64,000 nt of DNA. Source: Selaginella moellendorffii. Taxonomy: Eukaryota > Plantae > Lycopodiophyta. The translations under genes and the position numbers were made by a program. The stretch lies in assembly GCF_000143415.4 (NCBI RefSeq), contig NW_003314332.1, forward strand, positions 186,001 through 250,000, given 5' to 3'. Under the pieces are notes generated by a model that saw only the letters and a list, made by a program, of their open reading frames with translations, was not told the origin of the DNA and did not search any database. Of this stretch, positions 1 to 11,629 are shown piece after piece. Each line of letters opens with the position of its first letter. Position 1 is the first letter of the stretch.

Positions 1-1179
1 TGTGCGCGCTGCTCCAACGCCACGAGGTGGAGCAAGTCGAGTGTATGTACGCATACAGTATCTGTGAGGCTCTCCGGCTGTTCCAGAACGAGTACTGGGA
101 AGAGCTTTGCAACGACATAAGAACCGCCAGCCTGAGCAAAACAAAAGTCACGGATCCAAAGCTGAGGAAAGCGTTTGAAAGAGCTGGAGTTTTTCGCAGC
201 AAATGTGGCAACGCAATGGAAGCCGACAAAATCTTCAAGATCTGCAGCAACGAATCGTGGTCTGGAATTCTTCCGCTGTTGTTCCCCAAAGCGAAGCTCG
301 TGTCAGCGGTGGTAACGGGCGCGATGACACACTACGTTCCGACGTTAAGCTTCTATGCCGGGGATCAGCTTCCTATCGTTGGGCAGGGTTTCTTCTCGTC
401 CGAGGGAGGCATCGGGATCAACATCGATCCTCTTTCTCCTCCAGAGGGCGTCATCTATACTGTCACACCCCGATCTCTTTACTACGAGTTTCTTCCACTT
501 GGTGCTACTGAAGCTCTAAGCATGCATGAAGTGGTTATTGGGGAGCTGTATGAGATTCTCGTGACAAACTTTGCAGGTAGACGACAATTTGGTTCTTTTC
601 TTTATCTCTAACAGCAATCTTTCATGAAAATGTATAGGTCTTTACCGCTGCCGGATGGGCGACGTTGTGCAAATAACAAGCTTTTTCCATGGCGCTCCTC
701 AGATGGCTTACCATCACCGCAAGAACGCAGTGATGTGCATAAACAACGAGACTGTGGACGAGCAAATGCTACAAAACGTGGTGAACAAGGTCTCAAAGGA
801 TGCCGGAGTTGAAGTGTTGGACTTCATGATCTATGGCGATCCAGTTGCCGTTCCTCCTTCCTACACGATCTTCTGGGAGCTCGGGAATGCCAAAGACTAC
901 TCCAAAACTCAAGTCTTGGAGCAGTGCTGTGCCAACGTACTTAAGTCTTTCAATCCAGAGCATACGAGAAAAGGCACGGACGGGCTGATCGATTCGTTCG
1001 AGCTGGTGATTGTCAAGAAAGGAACGTTTGAGAGGCTGATGGAGGAGGCTGTCAAGAACGGCGCGTCTCCAGCTCAGTACAAGACCCCTCGCTGCGTCGC
1101 GTCCTCGAGAATATTGGAAGCTCTCAACTCTGGACGCGTTCACAGCTACAAGAGCTCTGCAATGTCGAAAGTCAACTAG
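1..1179 (+). CDS. GH3: GH3 acyl-acid amido synthetase, 3' part (5' end outside window); exons <1..576 and 638..1179
   Basis: GH3 motifs FFSSEGGIGIN, YYEFLP and AQYKTPRCV. Removing the GT-AG intron 577..637 (61 bp) joins the two ORFs into TNFAGLYRCRMGDVV. Confidence 0.93.
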
Positions 1180-1293
1180 GATAAATTAATCTATATTTAT
1201 CTTTGACCGTGACTTCAGCATTATTCTAACTAAATCTACATTCTTCGTCTTTGACTGTGCCTGCGATCAAACTTGGCTGCAAGACTCACTAAA

Positions 1294-1394
1294 CTTAGAC
1301 TCACGACTTGAAGAACTAGAAAAAAGCCTTAGACTCACGACTTGAAGAACTAGAAAAAAGCCTTAGACTCACGACTTGAAGAACTAGAAAAAAG
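1294..1394. repeat. Perfect tandem repeat, 34-bp unit x3
   Basis: CTTAGACTCACGACTTGAAGAACTAGAAAAAAG(C) at 1294, 1328 and 1362, with no spacers. Confidence 0.95.
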
Positions 1395-1563
1395 ATCTCT
1401 AAATTCTTCCAGCGCATCACTTTGGATCATGAGAGGAGCCTGGTTCGTGCATCAACGTGAAAATTTCTCTAAGTGAAGAACTGAGTCATGCATATACTGT
1501 ACTGGTCAAAAGCTCTACATAAAGAATGGCCTTTTTGACACGACACGAAAGATCTCAGCTAGT

Positions 1564-2975
1564 TTAATGCTGCTTATAAAACTCGACGAGGCTTTCCATG
1601 TCAAAGCTAGACGCGGGATCAAACGATCTTTCCACGGCTCGGTCACTTGTCACAAGTGTAACGTGTTGCACACGACACAGATTGATGACCTTTTCAACTG
1701 CATGAGCAGCTCTCCCCAAGTCGGGCCTCAAGTCGAGTTCTTCTTCTTCTGGACTTTCCGAAACGAAAAGGCGGTGAATTCTCAAAAGGCATTGACCCAA
1801 AATTTCGTCCTCGGCATAATCAAACTCCAGCTGCCAGCCACAAAATCACAGGTTCACTGCAAGTGTTAGAGTTTAGAGAACAAGCAACTAGGCTGAAAAC
1901 TCACTTTCGCAAGGAAACCGAGCCCAAGCTCTAGCTCCTGGTATTCGTCGACCATGTTAAATCTGAGCAAGAACAGTTCGTAGAAATCAACAGAATCATG
2001 GCCAAATCCAAAATCATCCTTGAGAGACATGTCAGTTTTGATAGAGGAAGTGTTTCGAGCTGTTCATCTTCCCACTCATAACCCGCCAACACAAGCCCGA
2101 ACGAACGTTCCCAGAGATTCTCACTCGCAAAATTGATGTATACCGGCTTAGCCACCACCTTTTCAAGAGATTCCGCTGATACTAGAGTCACTTTTCCTCC
2201 GCCGTCTACTTCACTGGGAGAGACGATAAGTTTCTCAAGCCTTGGAGCACTCACGATGCAAGAAAATCTGGACGAGATCTCGAGCTCGAGAGCATACTTT
2301 CCGGTGTTTGGAGGCGTTTCAAAGTAGAACCCATTGACGTCATCGTTAATGTCGGGGTTACCATAGTCGTCATGCAATTTGAGGTATATATGTTTGAGGT
2401 TTGGGCACTGGCGCAAGAATCTGTTGAGTGCCTGGTCCTGCTGCGGAACTGGCACCGTAAGATCGAGATGCAAAGTGTGAAGCTCTGGCAGGACGCATAA
2501 ACCCGTTGTAATTTGCCCAAAATCCTCTCCTGCGACCCGAGGCCGTCAATTCGCAGCTCTTGGAGGTTGATGCACTCGGTGGAGATACGCTGCAAAGTTA
2601 CATTCCATCCAATCTCTAGCCCCAACAGCGAACTCCCCAAGAGCTTCGTCCAGTTTAGACAGTCTACTTTCAGGGAAGTGCTGCAAAGGCAGAAGCTGGT
2701 GATTTTTTGTAGCCGGGAAGTGACCATGGAGACCGAGGTTTGCACACAGTCGCATTCGTCCAGCTCTGCCTTGTGCTTGCAACACCGGCCCATTTCCGGG
2801 CATGAAATGCTGACGCCCTCGAACCATTTCGTGTGATCGCGCCAGGAGCGGCAGACCCCCGAGAGCGCCAGCAAGAACCGAAATTCATCCAGGAGGCCAC
2901 GATCTGATATACTTTCAAGAGGACATCAAGCGGCAGTGGGGTCTGTGCACGAGGAAAAGCCGAGGCCATCGTTAA
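1564..2975 (-). pseudogene. F-box (LRR/RNI-like) gene with at least two frameshifts
   Basis: F-box-like PLPLDVLLKVY...FLLALSGVCRSWR is split across frames near 2890. A second shift lies near 2500 (LPELHTLHLDL). LRR-like segments CINLQELRI and CPNLKHIYL. Probable 3' exon 1564..1830. Confidence 0.7.
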
Positions 2976-3202
2976 TGCCGGGGTTACAGACCCCACTCGT
3001 GCACAGACCCCACAGACCCCAATCGACATTCTGTGCACGAGGAAAAGCCTCGCAACTTACTCCTTTTCCATAGAAACGAGCCCTAAAAACCGTTTCCTTT
3101 CCAAGGAACGGGAAGACGTTTGAAGAATATGCCAAATGGCATCTTTTTTAGGGGTTTTAAGGATTAGGGTTCTTCCAAGAATGCGGGCGCGATGGTGGGG
3201 GG

Positions 3203-5602
3203 ATGATCCTGTCGGCGCTCCTTGCGGCGATCAAGGAATGCGGCATCGCCAGAAATCTGGAGCGCGGGCGCAGGCTTCACGAGCAGGCCATCCACAGCGG
3301 CCACGATTCAAACAAGTATGTGGCGGGCAGCCTTCTCAGCATGTATGCCAAATGCGGCAGAATGGAGGAGGCGCGCATGGTCTTCGATTCCATGCGCCAC
3401 CGCGATGTGGTTCCCTGGACGGCGCTGGCAATGGGTTACGCGGAGAATGGACAGGAGGAGGTCGCGCTGGAAATTTTTGGGCGGATCGAGCAGCCCAATG
3501 CGCTGAGCTTCGTGGCGGCCATGAGGGCCGTGACGGGGCTAGCGCTGCGCGAGGCGGGGAGATTGTTCCATGGGAGGATTGTCAGGGTGGAATCGCTCAA
3601 GAGAGGCGAGTGGATCCATTCGCAGCTCCACTGCCTCGTGTCGGATATGGTGGCGAATTCTCTGCTCGATATGTATGCCAAGTGTGGATGCTTGGAGAGG
3701 GCGCTCTGGATTTTCGAGAGGATGCCTTGCCACAGCATCGTGTCTTGGAACGCTCTTGTGCTGGGCTGTGCCGAGAATGACGAGGCAGCCATGGCGGTGG
3801 AGCTGTTTGAGAGAATGGTGGCCGGCAGCGCTTCTGGCCAGAGCTCCACTCCACCGCCACCGAATGGAAGAAGTTTCGTCTCGGCGCTCAAGGCTTGCTC
3901 GGTTCTAGCATCCCAGGAAGAGAGCAAAGAGATGGTGGATGGAAGAGCTGTGAAGAGTCGAGCTTTGGAGAGAGGGAAATGGATCCACTTGAGACTTTGT
4001 AGCAACAGCGAAGTTGGCCGAGACCACTATGTGTCGAGCGCACTTCTCGACTTCTACGCAAAGTGTGGGAGCATGGTGGACGCGCGCAGGGTGTTCGATC
4101 GAATGCCACAGCACGACTCGGTCACTTTGAACGCGCTACTGCTCGGATACACGGACAACGGCGAGGACGAGATGGCCTTGGAGCTGTTCTTGAGCCTCTC
4201 CAGAGTTCTCGGTGATGGGAGGAGTTTCGTGGCTCCTCTCAAAGCTTGCAGCAATCTGGCTGAGAAGGAACTAGGCCAAATCGTCCAAGGCCATGGGAAG
4301 CTTGTCAAGCTGGAAACTCTGGAAAGAGGCATGCTCGTGCACTCGCTGGCAGTGAAAAGCCAGTGTGAGACGGACGTCTTCGTGGCGAGCATCTTGGTGA
4401 CGATGTACGCGAGGTGTGGAAGCATGGTGGACGCTCGCAAAGCGTTCGACAGGATGCCAAGTCGCAATGTGGTGTCCTGGAACTCACTCATCCTGGGATA
4501 CTCCGAGAATGGAGAGCCCGAGCTGGCTATCGAGTCCTTCGAGAGCATGGAACTCCAGGGAAACTCTCCAACTTTTCTAGCAGCGCTCAAGGCTTGTTCC
4601 AGCCTTGCCGACAAGGAAGGGGCGAGCTACGTCGATGGAAAGCTTGTCAAGGCCAAGTCTCTCGAGAAAGGCGCAGCTCTTCACGTCCAAGCTTCCAGAG
4701 CTGGCTGCGACTCGGACACCTTTGTGGCGAATTGCTTGGTGGACATGTATGCCAAGTGTGGGGACTTGGCCGAAGCGAGCAGGGTTTTCGAGAGCATGAC
4801 GAGCCACAGCGTGGTTTCTTTCAACGCTCTCATGCTGGCCTACGCCGAGAACCAACAGGGGGACGTGACTTTCGGCTTTTTCTCTCGAATGGTGCCGGAG
4901 GGATGCCAGCCGAATGCTCTCAGCTATGTTGCAGCGATCAAAGCGTGCTCGAGCTTGGTCACTCTAGACATTGGCAAGGGAATCCAGGCTCAAGTCTGCC
5001 GCCGCGGCTTGGAGAGTGACCCGGTTCTAGAGGCCAGTCTCGTCGACGTCTTTGGCAAGTGTGGAAGCATGATGAACGCTCAGCTGGTGTTTGATTCAGT
5101 CCCCGGCAGGGATCCAGTGACTTGGACTTCTCTCATGGTAGGCTACAGTCGACAATGTGATTCTCACATCGTTTTCGAGCTTTTCCAGGAGATGAAAGAG
5201 CAGAGCTTGAGGCCAGACGCGGTGACTTTCATCGCCATTCTCACTGCTTGCAGTCACGCGGGCCTGGTGGAGAGAGGCAAGGGCTACTTTCGAGAGATGA
5301 GCTCCAGGTATGGAGTGGAGCCCCAGATCGAGCACTACTCTTGCATGGTGGACATTCTGGGACGAGCAAACCGGCTGCCCGAGGCGGTGGAGCTGCTGGA
5401 AAGAATGCCGGTGAGAGCGAGCAGGATCACTTGGTCGACGCTGCTGGGCGCGTGCAAGAAGTGGAAGAACTTGGAAGTCGGGAGGTTTGCGTTTGATTCG
5501 CTCATGGCGCTGGATGACAGTGATCCCGCGGCCTATGTGCTCATGTCCAACCTCTATAACCAGAGCTCGCAAGAGATTGTGCCTCATGGAAGTTCTTCTT
5601 GA
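3203..5602 (+). CDS. PLS-class pentatricopeptide repeat protein with C-terminal E-like domain, 799 aa, intronless, no DYW
   Basis: Repeated MYAKCG..A..VF..M..R.VVSWN motifs. C-terminal HYSCMVDILGRA / TWSTLLGAC / AYVLMSNLY typical of the P2-L2-S2-E end. Confidence 0.95.
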   Translation: MILSALLAAIKECGIARNLERGRRLHEQAIHSGHDSNKYVAGSLLSMYAKCGRMEEARMVFDSMRHRDVVPWTALAMGYAENGQEEVALEIFGRIEQPNALSFVAAMRAVTGLALREAGRLFHGRIVRVESLKRGEWIHSQLHCLVSDMVANSLLDMYAKCGCLERALWIFERMPCHSIVSWNALVLGCAENDEAAMAVELFERMVAGSASGQSSTPPPPNGRSFVSALKACSVLASQEESKEMVDGRAVKSRALERGKWIHLRLCSNSEVGRDHYVSSALLDFYAKCGSMVDARRVFDRMPQHDSVTLNALLLGYTDNGEDEMALELFLSLSRVLGDGRSFVAPLKACSNLAEKELGQIVQGHGKLVKLETLERGMLVHSLAVKSQCETDVFVASILVTMYARCGSMVDARKAFDRMPSRNVVSWNSLILGYSENGEPELAIESFESMELQGNSPTFLAALKACSSLADKEGASYVDGKLVKAKSLEKGAALHVQASRAGCDSDTFVANCLVDMYAKCGDLAEASRVFESMTSHSVVSFNALMLAYAENQQGDVTFGFFSRMVPEGCQPNALSYVAAIKACSSLVTLDIGKGIQAQVCRRGLESDPVLEASLVDVFGKCGSMMNAQLVFDSVPGRDPVTWTSLMVGYSRQCDSHIVFELFQEMKEQSLRPDAVTFIAILTACSHAGLVERGKGYFREMSSRYGVEPQIEHYSCMVDILGRANRLPEAVELLERMPVRASRITWSTLLGACKKWKNLEVGRFAFDSLMALDDSDPAAYVLMSNLYNQSSQEIVPHGSSS

Positions 5603-5688
5603 TCAACGGCCTTTCAGCTGATATGGAACGACCAACGGCCAAGTGCCGTACTACCCTCGCGAATATTCGTACGAAACGCATAGCGACC

Positions 5689-5697
5689 TAGGGTTTA
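5689..5697. promoter_or_regulatory. Telo-box (AAACCCTAG, reverse strand) just upstream of the microprotein ATG
   Basis: CTAGGGTTT lies about 14 bp before ATG 5711. Telo-boxes are known cis-elements of plant housekeeping genes. Confidence 0.45.
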
Positions 5698-5710
5698 TCG
5701 TGAGAGGGAC

Positions 5711-5943
5711 ATGGCGGCCAAGATCCAGCTTCCCTCCACGTTCCTCTCGTATCTCATCATGTTCACGGCGGCGTTCACCGGTGCATCGATCGTCCACAAC
5801 ATCGCCAAGCCGGATCTGGTAAGCGCGATTGATCCATCGATTATTTCTTTCTCATCCACTTTTTCGTGGGGCAGAGATTGCCGAAGGTCGATGAAGCAGG
5901 CAACAAGATAGATGCTCGCGATTCTTCTGATTCTAGGGGATGA
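5711..5943 (+). CDS. UQCC6: BRAWNIN/UQCC6 (DUF4516)-like mitochondrial microprotein, 58 aa; exons 5711..5818 and 5875..5943
   Basis: Spliced product MAAKIQLPSTFLSYLIMFTAAFTGASIVHNIAKPDL|RLPKVDEAGNKIDARDSSDSRG*, with a 56-bp GT-AG intron. One TM segment plus GASIVHNIAKPDLRLP resembles the BRAWNIN signature GAEVVHRYYRPDLTIP. Confidence 0.75.
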
Positions 5944-6049
5944 AGGAAGAATGCCGCTCTATTGCGATCGAGAAAGCCACAGCTTAGCAGCTCTGGCCAG
6001 CTTTCGCTCCATCTGACGATCCTCCCATCCATCCTGGTGCTTCTCTCCC

Positions 6050-7960
6050 TCTCAGCCAGAGCCGCGCAAGCCATAGCCACCACTAAAGTAGCACCGCTAG
6101 GCGAGGAGCTTGGAGAGAGGGATGGCTGTCTAGCGGCCAAGTGTGGCTGGGACTCCAACCTCTTCGTGGCCAACACGCTCATTGGTATGTACTCAAAGTG
6201 TGGCTGTGTGGCCGAGGCTTACGCTGTTTTCTCCAGGTTGACGCTCTGTCTTGGAACTCTCTCATGCTCACTACACTCTCGGGCTATGGAGCTGGGCTTT
6301 GTGTCGGATGTCTACGTTGGAAGCACGCTGGTCGACATGTACGCGAGCTGTGGGAGACTGGGCCGTGCTCGAGAGGTGTTTGAGAAGATGAGGCAGCGGG
6401 ATGCTGTGTCGTAGACCACCATGATCCAGGGATGCATAAACAACGAGGAAGGGGAGATGGCTTTGCAGCTGTTTCGACGTATGAGCTCCTGCGAAGATGG
6501 TGTTCTACCCGATGGTTCCACCTACGTGGCGGTGTTAACGGCTTGCGCTGGCCTGGCTGCGAGAGAAGTGCTCGTATGAGGATCCGGGAAAGCTGGTGAA
6601 GCTCCAGTCTTTGCAGAAGGGGATGGAGATTCACAGGCAGGCTTTAAAGTCCGGCTACTCTTCGGACTTCTTCGTGGCCAGCTCCTTGGTGGTGATGTAT
6701 GGCAAAGTGTGGAAGTATGGCGGATGCTCGGGCAATCTTCAACAGGCTTCCTCGTTATGATGCGGTGTGCTGGACGGCACTGATACTCGGCTACGCGGAG
6801 AGCGACGAGGCCGAGCTAGCTTTGGAGCTCTTCTGGTGCATGCAACGAGAAGTAGGCTGTCTTCCGCGCTCTCGGACGATTGTCACAGCACTGGTAGCTT
6901 GCATGGGACTGGCAGCGAAGGAACAAGGTCAGCAGATTGATGGAAAGCACGTGAAAGTTTCGTGTTTGGACAAAGGCATGGGTATCCACTGTGAAGCTGC
7001 GAAGTTCGTTTTCGTAGCCAGCAGTCTCGTCGACTTTTATGGGAAGTGTGGAAGCGTGCTGGATGCGCGGCTTACCTTTGACAGAATGCCGCGGCATGAC
7101 ACGGTGGTGTGGACAGCGATGATCCAGGCCTGTGGAGAGAATGGAGAGGATGAAGCGGCAGTGGAGTTATTCCATTGCATGGAGACTCGGGGGCTGCTGC
7201 CAAACGCTTGGACCACTGTCGCTGCGCTGAGTTCCATTGCTACTTTGGCTGCTGCAAGGGAAGAAGAGGACTGCGTGGGGACGGACTACTTGGAGAGCGT
7301 GACGAGCATCTCTCGCTGCCGCGACGTCCACTTTTATCATGGAGAACACGCTGATTGACGCCTACTCCAAATGCGGTAGCGTGATGGATGCCCGGAAGGT
7401 GTTCGAGTCCTGGAACGCTCTCATACTTGGGCTCGTAGACAACGGGGAAGCCGAGCTTGCGACCGAGATGTTCGCACGCATGACGCAGAACGAGAGCAGT
7501 CCAGCAGCGGCGAACACCCGGACTTTTGCCGCCGTGCTCACGGCTTGGAGCAACTTGGCAGCCTTGGAGACTGGAAAGCTCGTCCACGCTCGCGTTTGCC
7601 GGCTGGGGGTGGAGTGCGAGCCATACGTATCCAACTGCCTGGTGGGACTCTACAGCAGATGCGGGTCTATAAGCGACGCCGAGGAGCTGTTTGGTTCCAT
7701 CAGCGACCGGAAGAGCGCGGTGGCATGGTCGGCGCTGCTAGGCCAAGGAGCTTGCGAGAAAGTGTTTAGCTTGCTCGAAGGATCCGCAGGGAAGGCTTAG
7801 CATGGCGTGGTACAGGAGCTCAAGCACTACCACTGCATGATCGATATGCTTGGAAGGGCCAACCTGGTGGGTGAAGCGGTGGAGACGGTGGAAACCATGC
7901 CGTATAGAGCAACAGCCATGACTTGGACGATTGTCTTGGCGGCGCGCCGCTGGGATTGGT
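6050..7960 (+). pseudogene. PLS-class PPR pseudogene, paralogue of 3203..5602
   Basis: PPR motifs (MYSKCG, MYASCG, FYGKCG, AYSKCG, LYSRCG, HYHCMIDMLGRA) spread over several frames, with a premature TAG at 6412 and multiple frameshifts. Confidence 0.88.
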
Positions 7961-8709
7961 GAAGCTGAGAGAACGCGGCGGCCTACTTACAGCCACCGGG
8001 AGGTTGATCTCTCTCGCAATTAGTCGGTTTGGTTCCACGTCAGCTGAAAGTCTGATGTCAGCACCTAGAATTTTACATGGATTTGATGTGGCACCCTGAG
8101 AAGAATGGAGGGAGCGAAGCCCAAACCATCGAGGATGAGAAGTGGATGCGATTGGAGGAGGCTTTGTGTTTTGATCCCTTCGAAAGCTGACGATTCGATC
8201 AAACTTCGTGTCTTGGCTTTGGTTCCTCCAGTGGTAGTGGCGTTGCCTTTTTGCAGCATTATTCGTTGCCACTACATTTGATGGTTCCACGACGGGCCAC
8301 GTTCACAGTGTTCTCATGGAAATGCAAGTCAGAGCTTTGAAAAACCATGGAACTTAAATTGTTGCATCTTCAGATGAGCATAGCAACGGCTTACAGAGTC
8401 CCACAAAAAGTACGCTCCATTTCACAAGTAATTTCCTTTTTCTATTTCTCTGTTCTTGTCGTTCCCAATGTGATAATCTCGTGACAGCTTAAGCTCTCTG
8501 GAAAAACGAGAGGCTTGTAAAGACTGCCCGAGGTTCCAATGTTATTCAAGTAATTTACATGTTTCAGTGCTTTTTTATCTCTGGTGTGGAGTATGGATGT
8601 TTTTACTAATCAACAGGAAATGGAAGAAAATGTTTCAGTTCGATCAAATTCGCTACTCCATCGTTTCTGCGCATTATTTAAATTTAAATTATCATAACTT
8701 GGTTCCTCA

Positions 8710-9320
8710 GTGCCTTTCCTAAGTTCAGGGCCCGACTTGGGAAGAGCTGCTCATGCAGTTGAAAAATGGTCATCAATCTATGTGGTGTGCAACGCGTTAC
8801 ACTTGCGAGAGCCGTGCAAAGAACGTTTGATCCTGCATTTAGCTTCGTCAAGTCTTATAACCAAACCATGCATTAAACAAGCTGATCTTTGTGATCTTCT
8901 TTAGGATCATAGCTGCACAAGCATTTGCATGGCTCTTCCGAAGCCGGTCCCATGCCCAAACAGGCTGCTGTGACTGTAAAAACATCTATCTTTCTATCTT
9001 TGTAATCTCTAAATTCTTTCGTCGCGTCATGGAAAATGAGGCCAATCCCAAGAATGAGTCAATTTTGTCTTTTTGACACAACATGGTAGACAATTGGACG
9101 CTGGAAGCTATAAGTAAGCTTTATAGTGAACTACAAATCTCAGTGTGGACGAGAGAAGCATGAGATTAAATTTTTTTTTAGTTAGAGGTCTAAAAGTCCA
9201 GAGTCCAGAGTCGAGAGCATCCGATGTTCTAGAGGCACAGCGAGGGGTCTTAAACTGAGCTGGGCGTTTCTGACGGCCTCCTCTGACCAGCTCGAATGAA
9301 TCGATCACCCCGTCCATGAT
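8710..9320. pseudogene. Degenerate duplicated fragments of the F-box 3' end and the GH3 3' end, inverted relative to the originals
   Basis: 8730..8890 matches the reverse complement of 1550..1725 (PDLGRAAHAVEK). 9200..9317 (-) encodes DGVIDSFEL...PAQFKTPRC, matching GH3 980..1135. Confidence 0.85.
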
Positions 9321-11573
9321 TGTGTATAGATAATATTCTTAAAAAGGAATATGAGATGTCAGCCATACATGAATGGTTCATTTTGTGTTAAGGTTACACT
9401 TAATAAAAAACAATGTGAATGGAGATTTGTCATAGCCACTCCCAATCTTATAGGCTGTGCCAAAAATATATAAATCAAACCAAAAAATGTATTAATTATT
9501 TTGTATATTAATCATACATATCAAGCTTCAAAATAAAATTAGCATTAATATATTATTTTTAATAAAAATTTAAATAAATTTTATAATAGAGTAAATTAAT
9601 TTTAGTGGAAAATAGTTCCCAAAAATAAAATTTAAATGATCATATATTTTAATATGAAATTTTTATGACCCCATAAAGAAGTATTATTTTAAAATAAAGA
9701 TATAATTTCTACAATTTTAAAACACATTTACAATTTCATAATACCTACTAAAATATATTTTTCTAAGTTAAATTCTTTTAAAAATGTTATTGTTAGTCAC
9801 TCTTTAACTTAACATTAATTTATTTTTACTATCAGTAATATTGGTATTAAATAAATGATATGGAAAATAGTTGTATAAAAATGCATAAATAAAATATATT
9901 TTACAATTGTAAAAAGTAATACTGATACTCTTATACTTTATAAGAACATGACAATTTTAGTGATGTCTAAATTGTTTTTATGAAGTAAGGAGGAAGAAAA
10001 CCAATAACAAATTATAGTAATGTGTATTTACATACCAAATAATAAATAATAAAATCAAATAAATTACTTAATAAATATCTTTAAATATAGAATTATTTAA
10101 TATAAAAATTACAATTGTGAATCAAATTCTTATAAATATAGTTTTAGTTAAATTAAAAAAAATTATTTAAAGAAAACTACTAAAACTACCAAAAGATTTT
10201 ATTTCTCACTTAGAATTTATTAAACAGTCAAACTAGCTTATTAACATTGTTTCATTATAAAAGAATTTTATATAAATATACATATGTAAAGATGAGGTGA
10301 GACCATTTCTTGCAATTCAGGGCCAAAGGAATTTCCTTTAGAAGCTCTATAGCATCAACTAAATGGATTCCCCTTCCCATGATTATATAATCATAATGAT
10401 ATTTTTTAGTTTCAATAGTTCCAAATTATCTTTTAGATGCTTATTGCAAGGACACTATCATACTAAACTTAAATGAAGCATAACATTGAAAAATTTGCAA
10501 GCTCTTCCATTTTGGGCATAAGCAGAAATCATCTAATATCAATCTCGTTAAAGAGAATCTATGCATTATTAAATTATTTTGTGTTTGCTAAAGAACGAAA
10601 AAAGAAAAATATGGAAGCTACTAAGTTATATGCTACCAACAAATATGGGTAAAATAATGCCATGGAGCAGTATAAATTGTTTCTTTTACTAAAGATATGA
10701 GTTTAACGTTGGTAATATATCAGATTCTTGTGAAATAATGGTTTGTGTTTTATGTATTTTTAGAGCTTTCAAACCAGAGTGAAATAGTATATTTTAAGAT
10801 GATGTTGCATATCAAGTAGTGGATCGTCTGGGAAACACCAGGAACCATGTAAGAAAAATATACTTGAGATCAAAAACATTACAAATAAGGAAGACAAAGT
10901 AATTATTAGTAAGCATCAAAACATAAAATAATAATGATATAAAACTTTTTGTGTTTGAAATTTAACTAAAAAATATAGTATCATAACTGAAAATGATATT
11001 ATCATCAATGTGAGTATTTAAAAATCTATCTAAATTTTTTTCCATAGTCCTTTTTAAATTTAACTTTATAGTAGACTTAATAATAATAAATATTAAGTCT
11101 AGTATTTTAAAATGTTTACTATTATTTAATTGTATATATTTTAAGATGGTTTTCGAGTTTTATAATAATTAAAGAATAAAACTTAAAATTTATTAATATT
11201 CTATATCTTAAAAAATATCATATCAAAAATTAAATAATTTAATATTAATATATTTAAACTATAGCTAATGAAATATTATTAGAAAATAGATAAAATCTAT
11301 TAATCTCAAAAGCCTACTAAAAAACTGCATGTTGAGAAAACCATTATGGATTCATGTAAAAATATGCATTTAAGGATTTAGTGAAGAAATTCCATTTTAC
11401 ATGTAAATTTAGAGTTGTACACTTTATGTTTTTGAGAGAAAACTAATAATAATTTTTGTGATAGAAATTATAAAATTTGATATATTCATCCTAAATCTTT
11501 TAGCAAAAGGGATATTTTATATTATGAAATAAATCAATATTTTAGGAAAAAACCATTAGGTATAAATTTTAAA

Positions 11574-11584
11574 CTCTCTCTCTC

Positions 11585-11627
<43 letters not shown>
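11574..11627. repeat. (CT)n(TA)n microsatellite
   Basis: Directly visible. Confidence 0.95.

Positions 11628-11629
<2 letters not shown>

Noticed and set aside
1294-1394. 34-bp repeats as a CRISPR array
   Set aside because: Units are contiguous with no spacers, the context is eukaryotic, and there are no cas genes.
3136-5587. Alternative-frame and antisense ORFs over the PPR gene
   Set aside because: These are shadow ORFs of GC-rich coding sequence with no recognisable motifs.
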